Virus record (IMG/VR): IMGVR_UViG_3300014167_000001
Coordinates: 1 to 54,968 of that record
Strand: one strand, 5' to 3'
Source: a virus
Taxonomy: Duplodnaviria; Caudoviricetes
DNA: 54,968 bases
In this document: one piece after another, positions 1 to 7,676 of the stretch
How positions within the stretch are numbered: the first letter of the stretch is position 1
How the letters are laid out: each line of letters opens with the position of its first letter
Notes under the pieces: model-generated
Database searches by the model: none
Told to the model about the DNA's origin: nothing
Seen by the model: the letters and a program-made list of their open reading frames with translations, nothing else
Program-made: the position numbers and the translations under genes

Positions 1-123
1 AAGAGCGGCACGACATGGAGATCGCGCAGGCGACCAACGGCCGCGTCACGGCCGCCACGCAGCGGAACCGCCTGCTCGACTACCTGCAGAAGCAGCTCGG
101 GCTCGACATTCCGAACATGCGCG
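1..123. repeat. Terminal direct repeat (identical to 54846-54968); circular assembly overlap
   Basis: First 123 nt (aagagcggcacgacatggag...aacatgcgcg) are identical to the last 123 nt and fall inside the polymerase gene. Confidence 0.95.
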
Positions 124-1547
124 CCGCCGAGCTGCGCACGATGCTGGAGTCGGATGAGCTGAGCCCGGAGGCGCGCTTCCTGATCGAGACGCGATTGGAG
201 GCCGGCAAGTCGAGCGGCTCGAAGTATCGCACCGGGCTGCGCAACGTCGGTCCCGGCGCGCGTATGCGCCAGACGCTGCAGTTCAACGGCGCCGGCCGCA
301 CCGGGCGCGAGAGCGGCCGCGGCTTCCAGCCGCAGAACATGACGCGCCCGGTCGTCATGGTGCAGAAGGAAGACGGCACGGTCGAGCTGCAGCCAGTCAA
401 GGCGAAGTATATCGACGAAGTCGTGATGCCCGCGGTCTACTCAGGCGCCGCGCTCGACGGGCGCCTAGCGTACGGCGGCCCCAACGAGGCCGGCGCCCTC
501 TGCATGCGCCACACGATCAAGGCCGCGCTCGGCAACGAGCTGGTGGCCGCGGACTACTCGAACATCGAGGGCCGCATCGTCGCGTGGATCGCTGGCGAGG
601 AGTGGAAGCTGGCCGCGTACCGCGCGCAGGACGCAGGCACGGGCAAGGACACATACAAGCTGCTGTTCGCGGAGTTCTTCGGCGTCCCGGTGGACGCGGT
701 GAACGACACGGAGCGCCAGTCCGGCAAGGTCGTCGATCTCGCCTGCGGCTTCGGCGGCGGCGTCGGCGCGCTCGTCACGATGGCGGCCAGCTACCAGATG
801 CCGCTGGAGCCGCTCGTCGACATCGTCCTGCCGCGCGCCACCGAAGACCAGCTCCGCAAGGCCGAGAAGGCGTGGCGCCGGGCGTTCCTCACGGGCGAGG
901 ACTACCTGCTCGAATACAAGGTCTTCCTCGCGTGCCACGTGCTCGTGCAGCTCTATCGCACCGCGAACTCGAAGATCAACCAGCTCAAGCACGACGTCGA
1001 CAATGCGGTGAAGTTCGCGGTGAAGAACCCGGGCTCCGCCGCGATCAAGGTCGGCAAGTGCCTCATCTGGAGCACGCCGTCGTGGCTCATCATACAGCTC
1101 CCATCGGGCCGCCGTCTTCTGTACGCGGCGCCGAAGGTCCACCATGCGATCGAGACCGATCCGGACAGCGGCAAGCCGATCCACCGCGAGTGGATCAGCT
1201 ACTGCACCGCGCGTGGCAAGCAGTGGCGCCGCGAGCGTTCGTGGTCGGGCCTGTTCATCGAGAACATCGTGCAGGCGATCGCCAACGACTGCCTGCGGGT
1301 TGGGATCTTGCGCGTTCACGACGATACGCTGACGGTCCCGGTTATCGCAACCTATCTCGCCAAGCTGCCGCCCGAAGAGCGGACCGCCGTCTGCCTGCAC
1401 GTGCACGATGAGATCGTGCTCGACGTGCCGGTCGGCTCGTACCCGAAGGCGCGGCTGATCGAGCTGATGGTGAAGCACACCGACTGGAATACAGGCTTGC
1501 CGCTGGCGGCCGCAGGATGGGTGAACCCCCGCTATGGGAAACGATAA
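15..1547 (+). CDS. polA: DNA polymerase family A, C-terminal polymerase part (continues from 54201 across the junction)
   Basis: Motifs FNGAGRTGR, A (DYSNIEGR), B (RQSGKVVDLACGFGGG), ENIVQAIA and C (VHDEI). Confidence 0.95.
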   Translation: MEIAQATNGRVTAATQRNRLLDYLQKQLGLDIPNMRAAELRTMLESDELSPEARFLIETRLEAGKSSGSKYRTGLRNVGPGARMRQTLQFNGAGRTGRESGRGFQPQNMTRPVVMVQKEDGTVELQPVKAKYIDEVVMPAVYSGAALDGRLAYGGPNEAGALCMRHTIKAALGNELVAADYSNIEGRIVAWIAGEEWKLAAYRAQDAGTGKDTYKLLFAEFFGVPVDAVNDTERQSGKVVDLACGFGGGVGALVTMAASYQMPLEPLVDIVLPRATEDQLRKAEKAWRRAFLTGEDYLLEYKVFLACHVLVQLYRTANSKINQLKHDVDNAVKFAVKNPGSAAIKVGKCLIWSTPSWLIIQLPSGRRLLYAAPKVHHAIETDPDSGKPIHREWISYCTARGKQWRRERSWSGLFIENIVQAIANDCLRVGILRVHDDTLTVPVIATYLAKLPPEERTAVCLHVHDEIVLDVPVGSYPKARLIELMVKHTDWNTGLPLAAAGWVNPRYGKR

Positions 1548-1740
1548 CGAGATGAACGAAGTGGACGACGCGCGCGAGGCGCTCTCGCGCGTGGAGAAGC
1601 ACGTGGAGCGCTTCCGGTGGATCTGCACGCACCCGTTCGAGGCCGAGGCGGTGTTCTTCACGCTGCGCACCGTGCTTCACCGGGCGCCGACAATGTCCGA
1701 AGTGGTAAGGAAGATCGACAGTGCGCGAAACGGTAGTTGA
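1534..1740 (+). CDS. Hypothetical protein
   Basis: Short ORF overlapping both neighbours, genome-like codon usage. Confidence 0.6.
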   Translation: MGNDNEMNEVDDAREALSRVEKHVERFRWICTHPFEAEAVFFTLRTVLHRAPTMSEVVRKIDSARNGS

Positions 1741-2020
1741 GGCGTACCTGCGCAAGCGGGTGGAAGAGTGCGGCGGCTTGTGCGAGAAGCACGTGAGCCC
1801 CGGGCGGAAGGGCGTGCCGGACCGGCTCGTAACCATCCCGTACCGGAACGAACCCAACACACCGCGCATGGAGCTGGTGGAGACCAAAGCCCCGGGCAAG
1901 AAGCCGCGCGCGGATCAGGTGCGTGACCACGAGCGCCGCGCCAAGCTGGGCATCGTCGTGCGCGTGATCGACACGAAGGCAAAGGTCGACAACTACATCG
2001 CGGGGGTCTTTGGCGGCTGA
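1721..2020 (+). CDS. VRR-NUC domain nuclease
   Basis: MRE..VE..L, SPGRKGVPDR, VETKAPG..Q motifs; typical position between polA and SNF2 helicase. Confidence 0.9.
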   Translation: MRETVVEAYLRKRVEECGGLCEKHVSPGRKGVPDRLVTIPYRNEPNTPRMELVETKAPGKKPRADQVRDHERRAKLGIVVRVIDTKAKVDNYIAGVFGG

Positions 2021-3389
2021 ACGCAAAATCTTCGTTCCGCGCGAGTATCAGGATCTCAGCGCGGGGTTCATCCTCGACACGCCGCGGTGCATGCTCGCGG
2101 CGCCGCCGGGCTTTGGCAAGACGTCGACCGTCTATCTGGTGCTCGACGTCCTGAAGCTGGCCGGCAGCACCTTCTTCCCGGCGCTCGTCGTGGCGCCGAA
2201 GAACGTGGCGAAGAACGTGTGGACGAACGAGGGTGAAAAGTGGGATCGCTTCGAGTGGCTCAAGGTCCGGAAGCTGACCGGTTCGCGCGAGCAGCGGCTG
2301 GAGCAGTTGCGCGCTCCGAAGGCCGACGTCTACACGATCAACTACGAGAACCTCGAATGGCTGATCAGGACGCTCGGCCACGACTGGCCGTTCAAGATCG
2401 TGATCGCTGACGAGAGCACGAAGCTGAAGAACTTCCGCATGGCCGCTGGCGCGGCCGGCGTGCGCTCGCAGGCGTTGTCCCACATCGTGCAGAAGACCGG
2501 CCGCTGGGTGAACCTGTCCGGTACGCCCGCGCCGAACGGGCTCAAGGATCTCTGGGGCCAGTTCTGGTTCGTGGACTTCGGCGTGCGGCTCGGACGCACC
2601 TACACCGCGTACATGGACAAGTGGTTCCTTGAGAACAAGTACACGCGCAAGATCACGATGCGCGAGGGCGCTGATGCGGAGATCCACGAGCGGCTCGCCG
2701 ACGTCATGCTGGCGCTGCGCGTGGAGGACTGGTTCGACATCGACAAGCCGGTCCGCACGGTGAAGCCGGTCGTGCTGCCGCCCGAGGCGCGCGCTGCGTA
2801 CGACGAGATGGAGCGGCAGTTCTTCGTCGAGTGGAACAACACGCCGATCGAGGCGTTCAATGCCGGGGCGAAGTCGCAGAAGCTGCTGGAGCTGGCGTCC
2901 GGCTCGATCTATGACGAGCACGGCGCCGCGCACGAGGTGCACGACGCGAAGAACGAAGTGCTGCAGGAACTCGTCGACGAGCTGCAGGAGCCGCTGATGA
3001 TCGTCTACTGGTGGAAGTTCGACGCGCCGCGCATCAAGAAGGCGTTCCCGCACGCGCGCATCTATCGCGGCGAGAAGGATCGCCTCGATTGGCAGGCTGG
3101 CAAGATCGACATGCTCCTGCTCAACCCGGCCGAGGGCGGCCACGGGCTCGACTTCCAAGACGGCGGCCGCGCCATCTGCCACTACTCGCAGATATGGGAC
3201 GCGGAGCTGCGCACGCAGGTGAACGAACGGATCGGCCCGGTGCGCCAGTTCCAGTCCGGCCACGATCGCGGCGTGCTCGAATATTATCTGGTCGCTCAGG
3301 GTACCGTGGACGAAGAAGCGGTTGAGCGTGTTGACGGGAAAATCTCGGTGCAGGACGCGCTCATGCTCGCCCGCAGCCGTAGACACTAA
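2010..3389 (+). CDS. SNF2-like superfamily 2 helicase
   Basis: Walker A-like PGFGKT, INYE, DEST, LSGTPAPN, GGHGLDFQ, QVNERI. Confidence 0.92.
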   Translation: MAAERKIFVPREYQDLSAGFILDTPRCMLAAPPGFGKTSTVYLVLDVLKLAGSTFFPALVVAPKNVAKNVWTNEGEKWDRFEWLKVRKLTGSREQRLEQLRAPKADVYTINYENLEWLIRTLGHDWPFKIVIADESTKLKNFRMAAGAAGVRSQALSHIVQKTGRWVNLSGTPAPNGLKDLWGQFWFVDFGVRLGRTYTAYMDKWFLENKYTRKITMREGADAEIHERLADVMLALRVEDWFDIDKPVRTVKPVVLPPEARAAYDEMERQFFVEWNNTPIEAFNAGAKSQKLLELASGSIYDEHGAAHEVHDAKNEVLQELVDELQEPLMIVYWWKFDAPRIKKAFPHARIYRGEKDRLDWQAGKIDMLLLNPAEGGHGLDFQDGGRAICHYSQIWDAELRTQVNERIGPVRQFQSGHDRGVLEYYLVAQGTVDEEAVERVDGKISVQDALMLARSRRH

Positions 3390-3399
3390 CGGAGATCAC

Positions 3400-4611
3400 A
3401 TGGCCCTTCCATTGAGCAACGAGAAGCTGCAGGAGGCGCTTGACGCCTATGCAAAGCACGGTAACCAGCGACAGGCGGCGGCAGCGCTCGGGCTCCCTCG
3501 GGTCACGTTCCAAGCCCGGCTCGACTCCGCCCGCGTCCGGCTCAACGTCGGTGGCTTAACGAGCAAGATTGACGCAACACTGCAGGGGCAGGTGAAGCGG
3601 CTGGAGGCGGAGCTGAAGCGCGCCAACCAGCAGAGCGCGGACGCAGCCGCGATCAAGGCGATCATCGGCGGCCTGTGCGAGCGCACGGCGACGCTGGAGG
3701 CGCCGCGCTGGCTCAACTCGAAGCTGTCGAAGGCGTCGTCACCGGGCGTGCCGACGCTCTTCCTGAGCGACTTCCACTGGGGCGAGGTCGTGCACCCGGG
3801 GCAGATCAACGGCGTCAATCGGTACAATCTCGCGATCGCGCGCGATCGCTTGCAGTACACGGTCGAGACCGGCATCCACCTCTGCAAGATCCTCGACCGC
3901 GACATGGACTACCCGGGCATCGTCGTGCCGCTCGGCGGCGACATGATCTCCGGCAACATCCACGAGGAGTTGGCCGCGACGAACGAACTCAACACGATGC
4001 CGACCGTGCTCGATCTCTACGGGCAGCTCATCGTGGCGATCGAGCGGCTGGCTGATGCTTTCGGCCACGTGTTCCTGCCGTGCGTCACGGGCAACCACGG
4101 ACGCGACACGCGCAAGACGTGGGCGAAGGACCGGCATCACACCAGCTTCGACTGGCTGCTGTATCAGTTCCTCGCGAAACACTTCGAGCGCGACCGGCGC
4201 ATCACGTTCTTCATCCCTGATGGTTCGGACGCTGCATACCGGATCTACGACTACCGCTACCTGCTCACGCACGGCGATCAGTTTAGCGGCGGCGACGGCA
4301 TGATCGGCGCGCTCGGTCCGATCATTCGCGGCGATCACCGTAAGCGCTCGCGCAACATGCAGATCGACATGGAGTACGACACGCTCCTGCTCGGGCACTG
4401 GCACCAGCTCATGATGCTCACGCGGCTGATCGTGAACGGGTCGCTGAAGGGCTACGACGAGTACGCCTATACCGGCAACTTCCCGTTCGAGCTGCCGACG
4501 CAAGGGCTCTGGGTGACGCACCCGCGGCATGGCATCACGTACCGGATGCCGGTGTACGCGACGAGCCAGCCGAAACCGAAGTCGAAGGATTGGGTCAGCA
4601 TTCAACGCTAG
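3400..4611 (+). CDS. Calcineurin-like metallophosphoesterase with N-terminal HTH and coiled coil
   Basis: SDFHWG, GGDMISG, GNHGR, THGD and GHWH motifs; N-terminal QRQAAAALGLPRVTF HTH; GGAG RBS before ATG 3400. Confidence 0.85.
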   Translation: MALPLSNEKLQEALDAYAKHGNQRQAAAALGLPRVTFQARLDSARVRLNVGGLTSKIDATLQGQVKRLEAELKRANQQSADAAAIKAIIGGLCERTATLEAPRWLNSKLSKASSPGVPTLFLSDFHWGEVVHPGQINGVNRYNLAIARDRLQYTVETGIHLCKILDRDMDYPGIVVPLGGDMISGNIHEELAATNELNTMPTVLDLYGQLIVAIERLADAFGHVFLPCVTGNHGRDTRKTWAKDRHHTSFDWLLYQFLAKHFERDRRITFFIPDGSDAAYRIYDYRYLLTHGDQFSGGDGMIGALGPIIRGDHRKRSRNMQIDMEYDTLLLGHWHQLMMLTRLIVNGSLKGYDEYAYTGNFPFELPTQGLWVTHPRHGITYRMPVYATSQPKPKSKDWVSIQR

Positions 4612-4620
4612 GAGAACGCG

Positions 4621-4893
4621 ATGCCTTACATTGAACCGGCGCGGCGCCAATGGCTCGACGCACGCACGGTGATCGCGCAGGAGTTACCCCAGACGAAAGG
4701 GGAGCTGAACTACGTGATCACGCGTGCGATGGTTAGCTTTGTCGCTCGGCGCGGCAAGACCTATCACACGATCAGCGATGCGATCGCAGCGGCGCAGGAC
4801 GCGGCGGACGAGTTCAAGCGGCGCGTGCTCGCGCCGTACGAGAGCACGAAGATTGCCCAGAATGGCGACGTCTACACGGAGATCCTCCCATGA
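4621..4893 (+). CDS. Conserved phage protein (DUF6899-like)
   Basis: MPYI...GELNYVIT...EFKRR...PYE..K..QNGDVY pattern; GGAG RBS. Confidence 0.7.
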   Translation: MPYIEPARRQWLDARTVIAQELPQTKGELNYVITRAMVSFVARRGKTYHTISDAIAAAQDAADEFKRRVLAPYESTKIAQNGDVYTEILP

Positions 4894-5345
4894 AGTGGTA
4901 CCTCGCCGGGCCGATGTCCGGCATTCCGCAGTTTAACTTCCCGGCGTTCGAGGAGGCGGCGAAAGTGCTGCGCTCGCGCGGCATGCACATCATCTCGCCG
5001 CACGAGGAAGATCCGCCGGAGATGCAGGCGGCGGCGTGGGCCTCGCCCGATGGCAAGCTGACCGCAGAAGCGCTTGCCGGTCATACGTGGGGTGAGACGC
5101 TGGCGCGCGACGTCAAGCTGATCTCCGACAACGTCGACGGCATCGTATTCCTCGATCGTTGGTGGTATTCCCGCGGCGCGCGTCTCGAAGCGTTCGTGGG
5201 GTTGCTCACCGGGAAGAAGTTCGCGAAGGCGTCCTATGTCACTTTCCGCGACTTCCTGAAGGACGTGATGGTCACCCGCTTCTCGCATATCGTCGACGCG
5301 GACGACCACTACGTGCGCCGCACCCTAGAGGAGAACATGCCATGA
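4890..5345 (+). CDS. DUF4406 / nucleoside 2-deoxyribosyltransferase-like protein
   Basis: YLAGPMSG..FNFPAF, SPH, D..L....DGI, W..SRGARLE. Confidence 0.85.
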   Translation: MKWYLAGPMSGIPQFNFPAFEEAAKVLRSRGMHIISPHEEDPPEMQAAAWASPDGKLTAEALAGHTWGETLARDVKLISDNVDGIVFLDRWWYSRGARLEAFVGLLTGKKFAKASYVTFRDFLKDVMVTRFSHIVDADDHYVRRTLEENMP

Positions 5346-5785
5346 GCCTGCTCCCCACCGACGACAAGGCCCGCAAGCGTCTGCAGGCGTGGGCCTACCT
5401 GACGGAGTATTTCCCCGACGCGTTCATGGCCGAGGTCGGCGTCGCCGTCGCCGGCAACGAGCAGCACAATCCGGGGCAGCGGCTGCACTGGGCGCGCGAG
5501 AAGTCCACTGACCAGATGAACACGGCCTTTCGTCACCAGCTCGACTACGCGAGCGGCGTGAAGAAGGACACGGACGGTCAGTGGCACCTCGCCAAGGCAA
5601 TCTGGCGGCTGAAGGCGCAGCTCCAGCTCGACATCGAGGCGGAGCGCGCTGCGCAGGCCGAGGAAGAGCGGAAAGTGGCCGAGGCCGCGCAGGTGTACCC
5701 GCACGCTATGCGGGGGAACCCACCGTCATATTCGCTCGATGCCGCCCCCGGGATCTCAGTCGGTGCCCTCGGGTTCGATCTGTGA
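5342..5785 (+). CDS. dATP/dGTP diphosphohydrolase-like protein (DUF5664)
   Basis: YFPDA...V...GNEQHNPG..LHW, RH, D.DG..HLAKAIWR; ATGA overlap with the upstream gene. Confidence 0.75.
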   Translation: MSLLPTDDKARKRLQAWAYLTEYFPDAFMAEVGVAVAGNEQHNPGQRLHWAREKSTDQMNTAFRHQLDYASGVKKDTDGQWHLAKAIWRLKAQLQLDIEAERAAQAEEERKVAEAAQVYPHAMRGNPPSYSLDAAPGISVGALGFDL

Positions 5786-6207
5786 AGATCACGGCGCGCT
5801 CGTTGGACGTCGAGGAGGCGCGCGAGATCCACGCGCTGGCGTTCGCCGCCGATGACTGGGTCGGCGACGATCATACGTTCTGGGCTTACTACAGCGGCAC
5901 GCCCCCGCGCGTCGCCGGGTTCTGTTCTGCGATCCTCCACTCCCCGTCGCCAATGGAGGCGTTCCTGTCACGCTCGGCCGTGGCATTCCGCGTACGAGGG
6001 CGCGGGCTCCAGCGGCGCATGATCCGCGACCGCGTGCGTTGGATCGCCGAGCACCAGCCGCACGCGCGCATCGTGACCTATACGCTGCTCGACAACTACG
6101 CCTCGATCACGAACCTGATCCTGTGCGGCTTCCGTTTCTACGTGCCCAAAAGAAAATGGGCCCACGCGGGCCCATCTTCGGTGCACTACTTCAAACTCGG
6201 CCTTTAG
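5782..6207 (+). CDS. GNAT-family acetyltransferase
   Basis: Acetyl-CoA motif RGRGLQRRMIR and N.AS..NL..CGF; GTGA overlap with the upstream stop. Confidence 0.8.
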   Translation: MKITARSLDVEEAREIHALAFAADDWVGDDHTFWAYYSGTPPRVAGFCSAILHSPSPMEAFLSRSAVAFRVRGRGLQRRMIRDRVRWIAEHQPHARIVTYTLLDNYASITNLILCGFRFYVPKRKWAHAGPSSVHYFKLGL

Positions 6208-7667
6208 AAGTTGTCTTCCCAGCCGAGCCCCCAGACGTAGCAGGGACCGGACGACGCGTAATAGAAGTTCGGCGCGGTGCCCGGATTCTCGATGAGCATC
6301 TCGATGAGAGAGTTGGTGATGCCGTTGTTCGTGTTGCTGAGCACGAACGGCGGCGGGGCGCTCGTCGAGTTGTACGCACCGTAGGCGTTGTTCGGCGCCA
6401 CCATGAGCGTCGCGATGAGCGTCTGCGCCGTGAGGAGCGCCTTCGTAGCCGTCTGCGGCACGGTCGAGGCGAGCGGCACGCTGACCCACGTCGGCGTGAT
6501 CGTCGAGCCAGCCGCGCCGGACACGAGCTGCGGAAGCGCGGTCAGGTTGCCGCTCGACTGCAGCTTCCACTGCGCGCGACGGCCGAACTGCAGCATCGAC
6601 AGCGGGTACTTCGAGCCGTTGTCGGTGCGGATCCAGCCGACTCGGGCGTAGTACGTGTAGCCGCTCGGCAGCGTCGGCGCGGTCGGGCTCAGCGACATCA
6701 GGCCGGCGACAGTCGTCCCGTTGTAGATGATCCACAGCGAGTACCACGTGTTCGTCGCGAGCGAACCGGTGTCGAGCCCATTCGCCACGCCGACCGCCGT
6801 GCCGGCGACGGTGACGTTGACGCTGCGCGCGTTGTAGTAGAGGTTGGCCGCCGTCTCCAGCGCCAGCTCGTCCGCGGTGATCACGATGTTGTTGTTCGTG
6901 CCGTTGGTCGAGACCGCGAGGTTCTTGAACGTGCCCTTGATGCTCGCAGAAGCGACGCCGGGGCCGATCAGCGAGCCGAGCACCGTGAGGTTGCCGTCGA
7001 TTATGCCATTGCCATCGACCGTCAGACCCGTGCCGAGCGAGGTCGTGGTCAGCGAGTAGCACGTCGTCGCGCCGCTCTGGTTGACGATCGAGACCAGAAT
7101 GAACGCGCCGTTCTGGTACATGATGAAATTGATGTTCCCGGGCGCGATCTGCCCGGCGACCAGCGGCGTGCCATCCGAGTTCGTGATATTCACGATACCG
7201 AGCCCGTTGACGTTGACCGTCGAGGCGCCAGTGTTGGCGTGGGTTGCGTTCCAGTAGAACATCACGCCGTTCGAGTACGAGCTGAAGCCGCTGGTCGCGG
7301 CGGTCAGGATGTACGCGTTCGCGGCGCCGCTGTCGACCGCGTAGAGACTGAGCGCGGCGTTCGCAGTGCTCGCCCCGGGCAGGTACGGGTCAACGTCTTC
7401 CAGCTTCGCGCCACCAGCGCTCCAGAGCTGCACCCGGTAGACCGTGCTCGGGTTTAGGTAGATCGGCGGGAAGCGGCCCGCGCTGTCGGACGTCACCTGA
7501 CCGGCAGGCGAGAACGGCGTCGTGAGCGCGCCGTCCTGATAGACCGCGGCCGGCGTCGTGCCGCCAGTGAAGTAGAACTGCAGATAGCAGCCGGCCTGAA
7601 ACTGCCCCGCGATCGAGAGCGGCTTCACCTGCGGGTCGGAGAACAGAATGCCAGAGGGTGCGGTCAT
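6204..7667 (-). CDS. Tail spike/fibre protein with N-terminal head-binding-like domain
   Basis: N-terminus (LQFY..GTTP..VYQD...T...DSAGRF..IYL) resembles podoviral tailspike attachment domains; Gly/Thr/Asn-rich beta body; last late gene. Confidence 0.75.
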   Translation of the reverse strand: MTAPSGILFSDPQVKPLSIAGQFQAGCYLQFYFTGGTTPAAVYQDGALTTPFSPAGQVTSDSAGRFPPIYLNPSTVYRVQLWSAGGAKLEDVDPYLPGASTANAALSLYAVDSGAANAYILTAATSGFSSYSNGVMFYWNATHANTGASTVNVNGLGIVNITNSDGTPLVAGQIAPGNINFIMYQNGAFILVSIVNQSGATTCYSLTTTSLGTGLTVDGNGIIDGNLTVLGSLIGPGVASASIKGTFKNLAVSTNGTNNNIVITADELALETAANLYYNARSVNVTVAGTAVGVANGLDTGSLATNTWYSLWIIYNGTTVAGLMSLSPTAPTLPSGYTYYARVGWIRTDNGSKYPLSMLQFGRRAQWKLQSSGNLTALPQLVSGAAGSTITPTWVSVPLASTVPQTATKALLTAQTLIATLMVAPNNAYGAYNSTSAPPPFVLSNTNNGITNSLIEMLIENPGTAPNFYYASSGPCYVWGLGWEDNF

Positions 7668-7676
7668 GCGTGAGTC

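Noticed and set aside
1-123. Biological direct terminal repeat
   Set aside because: It lies inside the polymerase gene, and its length fits an assembler overlap of a circular or permuted genome
3400-6207. Z-genome (2-aminoadenine) or 7-deazaguanine pathway
   Set aside because: No PurZ, DpdA, FolE, QueC, QueD or QueE-like ORF was recognised
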